Assembly: GCA_963976765.1 (NCBI GenBank) | Contig: CAXBME010000028.1 | Coordinates: forward strand, 62,001-118,764 | Length of the DNA: 56,764 nt | DNA from: an uncultured Planctomycetaceae bacterium | GTDB lineage: Bacteria > Planctomycetota > Planctomycetia > Planctomycetales > Planctomycetaceae | Direction of reading: 5' to 3' | In this document: positions 1 to 9,877 of the stretch, in pieces | Layout: each line of letters begins with the position of its first letter | Numbering within the stretch: position 1 is the first letter of the stretch | The notes under the pieces: generated by a model | Seen by the model: only the letters and a program-made list of their open reading frames with translations | Database searches by the model: none | What the model was told of the DNA's origin: nothing | Program-made: the position numbers and the translations under genes

Positions 1-24
1 AAGACGGATTTGCCGAAGTAGTTG

Positions 25-822
25 ATGAGCATTTCCGCAGACTACACCTCCCGCTGGTTCGATCTGGAACGCCTGCTTGACGAATCATTCGTCCGCGAAA
101 TTGAGTTTCGTCGGGAGTGCGGATCAACGAACGACCTGGCTCTCTTACCGAATCCTGAGCGGAAGTCTCCGTCGCTTTTTCTGACGGATTCTCAAACCGG
201 TGGGCGTGGGCGAGGCAGAAATCAATGGTGGGCTCGCGACGGAGCGCTCACATTTTCACTCCGGCTTGAGCCAGCTGAATTCTTAGTCACGCACGAACGA
301 TGGCCGCTCGTGTCGTTGACAACAGCGCTCGCGGTCGCCGACATCCTGGCCAGCTTCGCCCCCGGTCAGAAAGTCGGACTCAAGTGGCCTAACGATGTTT
401 TCCTGAACGGGCGAAAGATCTGTGGTATTCTCGTCGAACCGCCACTCGGCTCAACATCAGAACTGGTCATCGGAGTCGGCATCAACGTGGCCAATTCACT
501 CAGCGACGCCCCCGACGACGTTCGAACAATCGCGACCTCAATCTTCGACGAAACCGACACCGACTTCAGCCCGTCCGATGTGCTGCTCAGCTTCCTTCAG
601 CGGTTTGAGGCTCTGATCCGAGACCTTGGTAATTCAACGCTCAACCTGAAGGACCGCTGGCAGCAACAATGCACGCTGACCGGCCAGCAAGTTTCACTCG
701 AATCGGGAGATCGCCGGATCGTCGGCCTCTGCCACGGGATCGCCGAAAACGGCGCGATTAACGTCGAAACAGATGGAGCCGTCCGGTCATGGTTCGGCGG
801 CATCGTTAGAATAATCCACTGA
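25..822 (+). CDS. birA: Biotin--[acetyl-CoA-carboxylase] ligase (no N-terminal HTH)
   Basis: Motifs GSTND, QTGGRGRGRNQW, KWPND, KICGIL, IGVGIN; C-terminal SH3-like segment. An in-frame TAG at 19-21 limits the start to 22 or 25. Confidence 0.93.
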   Translation: MSISADYTSRWFDLERLLDESFVREIEFRRECGSTNDLALLPNPERKSPSLFLTDSQTGGRGRGRNQWWARDGALTFSLRLEPAEFLVTHERWPLVSLTTALAVADILASFAPGQKVGLKWPNDVFLNGRKICGILVEPPLGSTSELVIGVGINVANSLSDAPDDVRTIATSIFDETDTDFSPSDVLLSFLQRFEALIRDLGNSTLNLKDRWQQQCTLTGQQVSLESGDRRIVGLCHGIAENGAINVETDGAVRSWFGGIVRIIH

Positions 823-836
823 CGGTCGAGGAATTC

Positions 837-898
837 GCCGCGAAAACGCAATGAATCACAACACGAGTTTTCTCACGACTCTCTGTGCTCTTTGCGGC
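837..898. repeat. Degenerate REP-like inverted repeat between convergent genes
   Basis: Imperfect arms gccgcgaaaacgcaa...ctctgtgctctttgcggc; resembles the elements at 5569 and 36786. Confidence 0.45.
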
Positions 899-924
899 AA
901 TCGTTCGTGCCATCACTCGTCCGC

Positions 925-1974
925 TCAAAGCGATTTCAGCCAGGCAGTCAGCAGCGCCGGGTACGCGGCCAGGTCATCTTTGTGAGCCATCTCGGTGACC
1001 GTGTGGATGTACTTGATCGGGCAGGCGAAGGCGACGGTTCTTACGCCTCGGCGAGTCCTCTGAATGGCGGCTCCATCCTGGCCACCTCGGGCAAGAATGC
1101 CTCGCTGCGTCCTGATGTTCTCAGCTTTGGCGATGGCTTCGATTTCTTCGATCAAACCAATGTCGCCGATCATCGACGAATCCATGATGTGCAGACACAA
1201 GCCGTCACCGGCAACGGTGACACGTTCTTCGTCAGGGACGCCGGGAGTCTTACAGCACAGAGTCGTGTCGCAGGCGATCGCGAAGTCTGGTTCAATTTCG
1301 TAAGCGGCAGGAAACGCCCCTCGCAGTCCGACTTCTTCCTGAACAGTCCACGCGGCGTAGACATCGCAGTTGTGATGATCGAGGGCTTCGATCGCCCGAA
1401 TCTGAGCCCAGCAGCCAACCCGGTTATCCAGACATTGCGAAACGACGCTGTTTCCGACTTCGGAAAACGGACCATCAAGCACCACCATGTCGCCAACCTG
1501 AACCTGTTCCTTCACCGTTTCACCCGGCAGACTGAGGTCGATGAAAAATTCGGAGATCTCCGGCACTTTCTTACGGTCAGCTTCCGAAGCGATGTGAATC
1601 GGTTTCCCGGCGGGATTCATCACGCCGGGGATCTCGCCATCGGTCGTGCAGATCCGAACCCGTCGAGCGAAGAGATTGCGAGTGTCAAAACCGCCAACCG
1701 GAATGACTCGCACAAACCCGTCGTCACTGATGTGTCGAACCAGAAACCCGATCTGATCCATGTGAGCTGCCAGCATGACTTTGACGGGAGTCTTCGGTGC
1801 CGAGTCGCCATCTTTCGGTCGAGCACGTCGAACGCCGATCAGCGAGCCCATCGCATCCGTCGTCAACTCGTCGAACAGTTGCTTCTCCGTCACGTAAGAT
1901 TTGATGACCTCGCGAATGCGTGCTTCGCGACCAGGAACCGAAGGGGTCTGAGTCAGTTGTTCCAGCAGCTGCAT
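925..1974 (-). CDS. M42 family metallopeptidase (M20/M25/M40 clan)
   Basis: Metal-ligand motifs AAHMDQIG, LDNRVG, QEEVGLRGA, DTT, GGQDG, YIHT. Confidence 0.92.
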   Translation of the reverse strand: MQLLEQLTQTPSVPGREARIREVIKSYVTEKQLFDELTTDAMGSLIGVRRARPKDGDSAPKTPVKVMLAAHMDQIGFLVRHISDDGFVRVIPVGGFDTRNLFARRVRICTTDGEIPGVMNPAGKPIHIASEADRKKVPEISEFFIDLSLPGETVKEQVQVGDMVVLDGPFSEVGNSVVSQCLDNRVGCWAQIRAIEALDHHNCDVYAAWTVQEEVGLRGAFPAAYEIEPDFAIACDTTLCCKTPGVPDEERVTVAGDGLCLHIMDSSMIGDIGLIEEIEAIAKAENIRTQRGILARGGQDGAAIQRTRRGVRTVAFACPIKYIHTVTEMAHKDDLAAYPALLTAWLKSL

Positions 1975-2081
1975 CGTGATGCTCCGTCATCTTCATCCAG
2001 GAATTTTCGTCGGGGAAATAAACTGCGAATTTCTGAACTCGCAGCCAGCGACAGTTTAAGCATGATCCGCCATTCGCGTCA

Positions 2082-3509
2082 TCACGCATCATCCTCACCC
2101 GTGATCCCGTGATTCTTCAGCTTCTGCCGCAGAGTCGCTCGATGCAGACCGAGCAACCTTGCTGCTGCCGCCCGATTGTTGCGGCAGTGAGCAAGTACCG
2201 CGTTCAGCAGCGGCGGCTCAATCTGCAGCAGAAGCTCCTCGTAGAGAGCCGCCTCAGAATCGGTGGAATCCAACGGCTGAAGCTGCTCAATGGCCCATCG
2301 CGAAATCTCACGTTTCAGGACTTCGCCACTTACAGCGGACCGAGTCAACACATCGGCGGGGGGGAGATGAGCAACTTCGATCGTGCCGCCACGCGCCATA
2401 ATGGCCGCATGTTCGACCGCATTGCGAAGTTCTCGAACATTGCCCGGCCAGGACCGACTACTCAACTCCAGCAACGCCGCCGACGACAGTGTACAGTCCG
2501 CAGACGCCCCCGACATCTGACGCAGAAAATGACGCGTCAAATCGGGAATGTCTTCCGCCCTTTCGCGTAACGGCGGCAGTTCTATCTTCACGACGCTCAA
2601 TCGAAAGTAGAGATCCTCGCGAAACGTTTTCTCTTCAATCAGCGTTCCGAGGTCGCGGTTTGTGGCGGCAAGGACTCGAAATCTGCACTTCTGAGATTTT
2701 GCCGAACCGACGGGAATGATCTCCTGATGCTCGATCGTGCGCAGCAGCTTCAGTTGCAGGCTGACCGGCACGTCACCGATTTCGTCGAGCAGAATCGTGC
2801 CGGCACCAGCGACTTCCAGAATTCCTTTGCGATCGGTCGTCGCACCGGAAAACGCCCCCTTCACATGACCGAACAACTCAGACTCGACGGACGACGGGTT
2901 CATCGCCGCCAGACTGACCGGCATGAAAGGCTCATTGCCTCGCGAGCTGTGACGGTGAATGGCCCGCGCGACAAGCTCTTTGCCAGTGCCACTCTCTCCC
3001 AGAATCAGCACCGGTGCGTCGCTCTGAGCTACGAAAGCGATCTGCCGAAAGATGGCCTGCATCGAAGGCGACGAGCCCACAATGGTCTCAGCAAGTGAGC
3101 CGTTTGCAGCCTCGTCAATCAAACCCGTTTTAATGGCCCCACTGTCGTGGCGATGCTGCAACGCTCTCCGCACGACATCGGACGCGTCTGACAGTTCAAA
3201 AGGCTTCGTCAGATAATCAAACGCGCCTTCCTCGACAGCACGCACAGCCGTCTGCAGATTTCCGAAAGCCGTCATCACGACAACGGGAGCGTCAGCAGTC
3301 TTTGCCTTCAACTGCCTGATCGCCGTCAGGCCATCCATTCCCGGCAGTCGAACGTCCAGGATGATCGCGTCTGGCTGACACTTCGGAGCGACCTTTAATG
3401 CCTCTTCGGCGGAAGACGCAATCGTCACATCGTGCCCTTCTCCACGAAGCAGTTCACGAAATCCCCAGCAGATTGCAGGCTCGTCATCGACGACCAGAAC
3501 ATGGCTCAT
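2082..3509 (-). CDS. NtrC-family sigma-54-dependent response regulator (REC-AAA+-Fis HTH)
   Basis: VVDDE...LDVRLPGMDG receiver; GESGTGKELVA; ESELFGHVKGAFSGA; LDEIGD; WPGNVRELRN; C-terminal AARLLGLHRATL. Confidence 0.95.
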   Translation of the reverse strand: MSHVLVVDDEPAICWGFRELLRGEGHDVTIASSAEEALKVAPKCQPDAIILDVRLPGMDGLTAIRQLKAKTADAPVVVMTAFGNLQTAVRAVEEGAFDYLTKPFELSDASDVVRRALQHRHDSGAIKTGLIDEAANGSLAETIVGSSPSMQAIFRQIAFVAQSDAPVLILGESGTGKELVARAIHRHSSRGNEPFMPVSLAAMNPSSVESELFGHVKGAFSGATTDRKGILEVAGAGTILLDEIGDVPVSLQLKLLRTIEHQEIIPVGSAKSQKCRFRVLAATNRDLGTLIEEKTFREDLYFRLSVVKIELPPLRERAEDIPDLTRHFLRQMSGASADCTLSSAALLELSSRSWPGNVRELRNAVEHAAIMARGGTIEVAHLPPADVLTRSAVSGEVLKREISRWAIEQLQPLDSTDSEAALYEELLLQIEPPLLNAVLAHCRNNRAAAARLLGLHRATLRQKLKNHGITGEDDA

Positions 3510-3512
3510 TAC

Positions 3513-5012
3513 TTACGAAACCTCTCGGCGGGAATGTTCCAATTCGGCAGCGAGGCATTCAGCCGGCACGGAAAACCGAAACACCGTCATCCCGTCGCGA
3601 CGCTCCCACGACAATGAACCGCTCGCCGCCTCGGCAGCATTCTTAGCCAGGGCCAGACCAAGCCCGACACCTTCCGGCTTCGAGGTCACAAAGGGCTCAA
3701 ACAGACATTCTGCAACCTGTGGTGGCGGGCCTGCTCCCGAATCTCTGACCTCAACGACGACCACCGATTGACGCGCACGACCATCCGTGCTGGACATCGA
3801 ACTGTGTGCGTCTTCCGTAGCTTCACCGTCCGGCAGAACTTCCAGTTCGACCCGTCCATCTTCACCCGCAGCTTCAATGGCGTTGAGCGAAAGATTCAAC
3901 ACTGCCGTCCGGAAGCCAGCGGCATCCGCGATTTCCCAGTCGATCGAATCCGGAAGCTCTACCGAAAGCGTTACCCGAAAATGCTCACACTGCACGGCGA
4001 TCAATCGTTCAATTTCGCGAATCGCTTCGGACAATTCTGTCACCTGTGCCGGGTCAACTTCCTGCCGACTCAGTGACAGCAGACCTCGAATCTGTTCTTC
4101 AGTCAGAGATAGTTGCCGAAGCGCGACGTTAAGTGTGTCGTCACTTTGCGAACCCGCATTACTTGACGCATCACCCGACTCAAGTGGACATCGTTGCTGG
4201 TGAAGCTGCACCGCCATCCGTGCACCGGTCACCGCATTTCGCAACTGGTGAGCCAGGCCGCCAGCCAGTTGAGCCAGCAGTCGAACTCGTTCCGTTTGCT
4301 GAATCGTGTGCTGAAGTTCTCGAAGCTGTACCGAAAGACTGCCGGCTGAAGCGATGAGGTCATCAACCTCGTCCACCCGTTCGGCAATGACGTCCTCGTT
4401 GAAAGTCTCTGGAAACTTGCCGTCGGCGATTTCTTCCAGCAGCGTTCGCACGCCGTTGATCCGTCGAGAAATTCGATCGGCCAGCCAGGCAGAGATGCAC
4501 GCCATCACGATCACCGTGCCAAGCCCCACCACAAGCGGCGGCCATGTCGCCGTCCAGCGAGCCTCTTCCCAACTGGCTTCCGGGTAAAGCACGACCAGCG
4601 TCGTCACCGGTCCAGCCCGTTCGATTTCGATTTTAGCGGCAAAACAGGCTCCGACCTCAGTGTCGACGCGCGGAAGCTCCGTCATTGAACTTTCTGCCGA
4701 GATAACCGGAGCAGACTTTGCTTCCAGGGCAATTTCTTCCGGCCGTGATAATGTCGCGGCAACGGGCCGATCGTCGCGATCGAGCGCCAGAAACTCCGCG
4801 CCCGACAAACCGCTCATTTTCTGCAGGATAGCGTCGGTATATGTCAGCCTCGAATCAGACAACGTATCGACGACATTCTGAATCCGCAGCAGCGTCTGAT
4901 CTTCCACCCGGCGCACGGCCAGCCACGCCGAGGTCATCGCGATCATCGCCACGGCCGCAACCATCGTCGCCGAAAACGGCAACAGAATCTGAATTCGAAT
5001 AGGACGCCGCAA
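3513..5012 (-). CDS. Membrane sensor histidine kinase (HAMP-HisKA-HATPase)
   Basis: Two TM segments; H-box LAHQLRNA; N-box NLSLNAIEA; DSGAG; FEPFVTSK; GVGLGL. Lies 3 bp from the regulator. TTG start is uncertain. Confidence 0.92.
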   Translation of the reverse strand: MRRPIRIQILLPFSATMVAAVAMIAMTSAWLAVRRVEDQTLLRIQNVVDTLSDSRLTYTDAILQKMSGLSGAEFLALDRDDRPVAATLSRPEEIALEAKSAPVISAESSMTELPRVDTEVGACFAAKIEIERAGPVTTLVVLYPEASWEEARWTATWPPLVVGLGTVIVMACISAWLADRISRRINGVRTLLEEIADGKFPETFNEDVIAERVDEVDDLIASAGSLSVQLRELQHTIQQTERVRLLAQLAGGLAHQLRNAVTGARMAVQLHQQRCPLESGDASSNAGSQSDDTLNVALRQLSLTEEQIRGLLSLSRQEVDPAQVTELSEAIREIERLIAVQCEHFRVTLSVELPDSIDWEIADAAGFRTAVLNLSLNAIEAAGEDGRVELEVLPDGEATEDAHSSMSSTDGRARQSVVVVEVRDSGAGPPPQVAECLFEPFVTSKPEGVGLGLALAKNAAEAASGSLSWERRDGMTVFRFSVPAECLAAELEHSRREVS

Positions 5013-5232
5013 AACAACTCAACTTTCGTAAGCGCCATACATCCCCAACTTCGAGCTTCGAGGCCAAAACTTCTTGCCGGGCAGGAGCTTAACCTGACCG
5101 ACAAACAGTTTCCCGCGACAATCGAAAAACCTGTCGACTCTTTTTCCACCACGACCGTCCAATTCCTGACCAGCCCCTGCTACTATCCTGCGTCTCACAA
5201 CCTTTTGATCCACCTCAGGAGCAAGCAAAAAG

Positions 5233-5517
5233 ATGATTACTGTTGGAATGAACTATCACGTCATCGAAGGAAAACAGCAGGATTTTGAAGATAAATTCGC
5301 TGGTGTCATTGACGCGCTGAACGCCGCAGAAGGGCACACCGAATCGACGCTGTGGAAGGATGTCAAAGACAGCGCGTCTTACCTGATCACCAGCGAGTGG
5401 TCGGACGAAGCCGCCTTCTCGGCTTTCATCCAGAGCGACGCTTTCCGCGCTGTGACCAACTGGGGCAAGGAGCAGATCCTGTCCGATCGCCCTCGCCACA
5501 AGATTTACAAGACATAG
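5233..5517 (+). CDS. Antibiotic biosynthesis monooxygenase (ABM) family protein
   Basis: 94 aa with the ferredoxin-like ABM pattern (GKQQDFE...YLITSEWSDEAAF...S.AF); AGGAG upstream. Confidence 0.85.
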   Translation: MITVGMNYHVIEGKQQDFEDKFAGVIDALNAAEGHTESTLWKDVKDSASYLITSEWSDEAAFSAFIQSDAFRAVTNWGKEQILSDRPRHKIYKT

Positions 5518-5568
5518 TCTGTAACACCTTCGTGTGACTACCGCACGAGTCGATCAGGCTGACAATTG

Positions 5569-5653
5569 AACGCAGAGATCGCAGAGGCGAAAAACGCAGA
5601 AGACAAGAGAGAATCTCTCTTTGACTCTTCGAGGTCTCGGCGATCTTTGCGTT
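5569..5653. repeat. REP-like inverted repeat
   Basis: aacgcagagatcgcagag (5569-5586) matches the reverse complement of ctcggcgatctttgcgtt (5636-5653) at 16/18. Confidence 0.7.
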
Positions 5654-5704
5654 TTTCTTTGGCCGTCGAGCGGATGGAAAAGAACCAGCAACCAGTTCTT
5701 CTAT

Positions 5705-5726
5705 TGGTGGGCAGTGCCCAGCCTAC
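5705..5726 (-). repeat. GTAG-type REP overlapping the recQ stop codon
   Basis: Minus strand reads GTAGGCTGGGCACTGCCCACCA: GTAG tetranucleotide plus GGGCA-C-TGCCC palindrome. Related copy at 11735. Confidence 0.7.
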
Positions 5727-7648
5727 AGTTGATCGGCTCGATTCAGCACGTCCTGGTACGGCACTTTTTCGAACGCTCCGAACAGCGGGTTCTTTGTCAG
5801 CTTCGCTCGGGTCAGCTTCGGAGAACCGATGCCGCAGAGAAATCTCGCCAGACGCGAAGGCGACCCCAGAGCTTCGCGATTCTGATTCCGCAACTCGTTG
5901 GCCCGTTGCCAGATGCCTTCGATCATTTCAGGTTGCGGTCGAGCGACTTCCGTCGGTACCGACTGAGCAGAGTCTTCGAGACACCGCGAGCAGTGGCCAC
6001 AATCGGTTTCCAGCGGCTCACCAAAGTAAGCTCCCAGACGCGAGACCTGACAACCTTCAGCCGTCGCCTGATCAATGACGTCCCCCAGGCGTTCCAGATC
6101 CCGCTTTTCACGGCGCTTCATTCGATCGCAAAGTTCATCAATCACCGCGTCAGGATCCCCGACAGACTTCAGCCGTCGGTACCGGTGCATCAGGCCGCCA
6201 GGTTTCAGTTCCATCATGCCTCGCTCGGCCAGATAGTCGAACGCCTTGACGACCCGCATCCGGTCTGAACCGGTCTCGCGAGCCGCCTGGTCAATGTCGA
6301 TCGTGAACCATTTTCTGGACTTCGTCGCCTGTTTGAAAACGGCTTTCAGAAACTGTTGCCGACTCTCGTCAAAGTTCGACAGAATCTCTGCGGACGACTG
6401 CTGCGGGATGAACTGGTACTGCGAATAGATCGGCGTCGTTTCTTCAATCCAGCCGTCGAGCTCCAGGTAAGTGATCAGCGTTCGCATGACCAACGGCCGC
6501 ATATCGATCGCGTTCGAAAGTGCGTACTGGCTGACGGCAATCTCGTCGTCCGACTCAAGCATTCTCCTGACAAGGCCAGCTACACTTTCCCGCTCCGGAG
6601 TGTCTCCAAAAATAAAGTTCTCCAGCGTGTTGAGATCCGCCGGGCAGAAGAGCATTTCACAGATGGACGTTTCGCCGTCCCGTCCTGCTCTGCCGATTTC
6701 CTGCGAATAATTTTCGAGACTCTTCGGCAGGTTGTAATGGTAGACGTAGCGTATGTTCGACTTGTCGATCCCCATGCCAAATGCAATCGTCGCCACGATA
6801 ATTGAATCGTGTGACGCCATGAACCAGTCCTGCCGATCTGCCCGTTCTTCATCCTTCATCCCGGCGTGATAGGCCTTTGCCGCAAGACCAGCTTCTTCCA
6901 ACCGCACAGCCACCTCTTCGGCCGTGCGTTGAAGAGTGACGTAAACGATGGTCGGCCCCGGCGGACGTTCCTGCAATTTTGCGATCAGAATCCGATCGCG
7001 AGATTGCTCATCCACAACATCGCTCAGCAGCGTCAGATTCGGACGGTAAAACGGAGTCTGCACGGCGTACTCAGATTCGATCGTGAAGAAGCAGCAGATG
7101 TCCGTTAAAACCTGAGGTGTGGCGGTTGCCGTCAGAGCCAGCACGGCGTCCGTTTTGCACTCGTCGGCGAACTTTGCCAGCTTGAGATAGTCCGGTCGAA
7201 AGTTGTGGCCCCACTCAGAAATACAGTGTGCCTCGTCGACCGCGAACAACGACACGTTCACCTGCGAAAGAAGTCCCCGAAACCGTTCGTTGGTAAATCG
7301 TTCCGGCGCGACGTAGAGCAGTTTCAGTTCGCCGCTTCGCAGTCGCCGGGTGACGTCTCGATACTCATCAACCGACAGCGTCGAGTCCAACCTCGCCGCC
7401 GGGATGTTCCGAGCAACCAGCGCGTCGATCTGATCCTTCATCAGAGCGATCAGCGGCGAAACGACCAGCGTCACACCTGGCAGTAACAACGCGGGAAGCT
7501 GATAACAAAGCGACTTCCCGCCACCCGTCGGAAACACGGCGGCGGAAGATCGACCGGCGACGAGGTTTTCAATGACCTCTCGCTGCCCCGGTCTGAATTC
7601 ATCAAACCCGAAATGTTCGAGCAGCGTGATTTGAATCGGATCACTCAT
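5723..7648 (-). CDS. recQ: RecQ family ATP-dependent DNA helicase
   Basis: PTGGGKSLCYQLP, DEAHCISEWGHNFRP, ATIAFGMGIDK, YSQEIGRAGRDG, C-terminal Zn motif C...CGHCSRC. No evident HRDC. Confidence 0.95.
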   Translation of the reverse strand: MSDPIQITLLEHFGFDEFRPGQREVIENLVAGRSSAAVFPTGGGKSLCYQLPALLLPGVTLVVSPLIALMKDQIDALVARNIPAARLDSTLSVDEYRDVTRRLRSGELKLLYVAPERFTNERFRGLLSQVNVSLFAVDEAHCISEWGHNFRPDYLKLAKFADECKTDAVLALTATATPQVLTDICCFFTIESEYAVQTPFYRPNLTLLSDVVDEQSRDRILIAKLQERPPGPTIVYVTLQRTAEEVAVRLEEAGLAAKAYHAGMKDEERADRQDWFMASHDSIIVATIAFGMGIDKSNIRYVYHYNLPKSLENYSQEIGRAGRDGETSICEMLFCPADLNTLENFIFGDTPERESVAGLVRRMLESDDEIAVSQYALSNAIDMRPLVMRTLITYLELDGWIEETTPIYSQYQFIPQQSSAEILSNFDESRQQFLKAVFKQATKSRKWFTIDIDQAARETGSDRMRVVKAFDYLAERGMMELKPGGLMHRYRRLKSVGDPDAVIDELCDRMKRREKRDLERLGDVIDQATAEGCQVSRLGAYFGEPLETDCGHCSRCLEDSAQSVPTEVARPQPEMIEGIWQRANELRNQNREALGSPSRLARFLCGIGSPKLTRAKLTKNPLFGAFEKVPYQDVLNRADQL

Positions 7649-7706
7649 GTTTTCTCTCCACGCCAGCCAGCAGAAAACATCAGTTTACTTTCCGTCGATC
7701 AACTTG

Positions 7707-9641
7707 TCACTCAACGACGATTTGTAGAGAGGTTAACAGCCCCTTGAGCGATTTCGTCGGCGACTCAGGATCAACCGGGTTCCGATCGTCGTGGCCGATG
7801 CTGAGATCTTCCTGCGGGTGCGACTTCAATGGTCCAGGTGATTTTGCAATGACGGTTTGAGCATCGTTGATTTTCAGACTCAACGTGCCGTCCTTCGCCA
7901 TTCCGGCAACGACGTTCACTGCCTCACCGAGTGCGATCGGCGACTCAACGCGGCTGACGACGTCAGCATTCCTCGTCGCAAAGACGACGGAATCAGCCTT
8001 CAGGTATAGTGCGTAGCCGATGACCGATCCCCCATGAGCGACAATGACGCCCTCGCCCGCTTTTCCGTCAGCGGGCACGATAGAGCACTTGATGGAAAAC
8101 GCTTTGCCAGCGATAGCCGGTGCAGATGCCGAGGCGTAAACGTCACCGAGTTTGACTTTGCTCCAGTCGAGCAGCTTGCTGGTCGCTTTGCTGACTGACT
8201 TCGTCGGTCGCATTCTCGGTTTCTGCGGCTGCGTTGGGTACAGCGTTACTGGATTCGCAACTTCTCCGGCTGGCCGGACTCCCGGACCAGGCTGTCCGCT
8301 GCCGATGTCAGCGACCATGCCATCGATCAGTTTCTGCAGCCGCGCGACGACATCTGGATGTTTGTCGGCCAGGTTCGTGACTTCACTAATTTCCTCGTCG
8401 AGGTTGTAAAGACGAGGTTCCCGCGACGTCAGATCCTCCGGGCGTTCCTTCATGCCCATACCGATCGACTGTGGAGTGATCGCCAGCTTCCACGAACCGG
8501 AACGAACCGCCTGGAGCGTCGTGCCCTGATAGTAGAACCACGCCTCGTGCGGCGACTCTTTCGTTTTACCCAGCAGAATTGGCGAAATGTCTTTTCCATC
8601 AATCTGGACCGACGAAACAGCACTGCCAACTTTGGCACCGCCGAGTTTGACAAACGTCGGCAGGACATCCGTCGTTCCGCAAACCGCATCGCAACTGCTG
8701 CCCGCTTCAACCGCCCCCGGCCACCAGGCAATCGTCGGCTCGCGAACGCCGCCTTCGAGTGTGCACCCTTTACTGCCACGCAGCGGACCGGCCAATCCCC
8801 CAGCCGCACCTCTGGATGCCCACGGGCCGTTGTCACTCGTAAAGATGACCAGTGTGTTTTCGGCAAGTTTGTTCTCGCGCAACGCGTCGAGAATCTGCCC
8901 GACACTCCAGTCAACTTCCTCAACCCAGTCGCCGTACGTGCCGTTCTTCGACCTGCCGACAAAGTCCTCGTGAGGAAACAGAGGGACGTGCATCGCCGTG
9001 TGAGGCAGATAAAGAAAGAACGGCTTGTCGCCGGACTCTTCGATGAACTTCACGGCTTCCTCGGTGTATTCACGAGTCACCCGCCGCTGGCCTTCGTCTT
9101 CGAGCAGCTCGGCCACTTTATCGTCACGCAACAGCGGCACGACTCGACGCCCGTCTTCCAGCGAATTCCGCTGCATGTCGTTCGAGTAGGGAATCCCGAA
9201 GTAGTGATCAAAGCCTTGATTCGTCGGCAGAAACTCCGGCTGGTCACCGAGATGCCACTTACCGATGCACGTCGTTGCGTAGCCGAGCTCTTTCAGATAC
9301 TCGGCGACCGTCCGCTCCTTCGGATTCAACCCTTTCGGCCCCGCCGGAAAAAAGACCCCCGGCACGGAAACCCGCGGCGCATAGCAACCTGTCAGCAACT
9401 GAGCCCTCGACGCCGAGCAAACCGGAGCCGCATAAAAACTCGTCAGCGTCATCCCTTCGGCGGCCATCCGGTCCAGATTCGGTGTCCGGTTCAGCGTTGA
9501 ACCATACGGACCGATATCTCCGTACCCCATATCGTCGATAAAGATCAGCACGAAGTTCGGTCTCGCCGAAGCAGCTTCCGCCAGCAGGCAATTGGCCGCG
9601 AAAAAAACGCCAATGAAAACGAAGCAAATCAGATATCTCAT
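7707..9641 (-). CDS. Secreted sulfatase (S1) with C-terminal beta-sandwich (LamG-like) domain
   Basis: Signal peptide; PNFVLIFIDDMGYGD, CSASRAQLLTG, GKWHLG, SDNGP; Pro/Lys-rich linker then a ~140-aa beta-rich domain. Confidence 0.92.
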   Translation of the reverse strand: MRYLICFVFIGVFFAANCLLAEAASARPNFVLIFIDDMGYGDIGPYGSTLNRTPNLDRMAAEGMTLTSFYAAPVCSASRAQLLTGCYAPRVSVPGVFFPAGPKGLNPKERTVAEYLKELGYATTCIGKWHLGDQPEFLPTNQGFDHYFGIPYSNDMQRNSLEDGRRVVPLLRDDKVAELLEDEGQRRVTREYTEEAVKFIEESGDKPFFLYLPHTAMHVPLFPHEDFVGRSKNGTYGDWVEEVDWSVGQILDALRENKLAENTLVIFTSDNGPWASRGAAGGLAGPLRGSKGCTLEGGVREPTIAWWPGAVEAGSSCDAVCGTTDVLPTFVKLGGAKVGSAVSSVQIDGKDISPILLGKTKESPHEAWFYYQGTTLQAVRSGSWKLAITPQSIGMGMKERPEDLTSREPRLYNLDEEISEVTNLADKHPDVVARLQKLIDGMVADIGSGQPGPGVRPAGEVANPVTLYPTQPQKPRMRPTKSVSKATSKLLDWSKVKLGDVYASASAPAIAGKAFSIKCSIVPADGKAGEGVIVAHGGSVIGYALYLKADSVVFATRNADVVSRVESPIALGEAVNVVAGMAKDGTLSLKINDAQTVIAKSPGPLKSHPQEDLSIGHDDRNPVDPESPTKSLKGLLTSLQIVVE

Positions 9642-9877
9642 CCGAACGATTCCTCTAAGTGTTCACGTCAATCAATCTGCATTCTTTCGACAATCGCTGG
9701 CCGGGTCAAAGAACGTGACGTTTCTGCTCGAGGCGATCTCAACGTCGTCAGACTGGCGTCTTTTTTGAGGCTGCCACAGACGTGCCGCGACCTGGTTTGC
9801 CCGCACCTCGCCCTTCGATATCATCTTCGACCCTGCTGTTCGATTTCTGCTGCGAGTCTCGAAACGGAGTTCCCCGG

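Noticed and set aside
892..2112. 406-aa plus-strand ORF
   Set aside because: Antisense shadow of the M42 peptidase; no motifs.
8358..9500. 380-aa plus-strand ORF
   Set aside because: Antisense shadow of a sulfatase.
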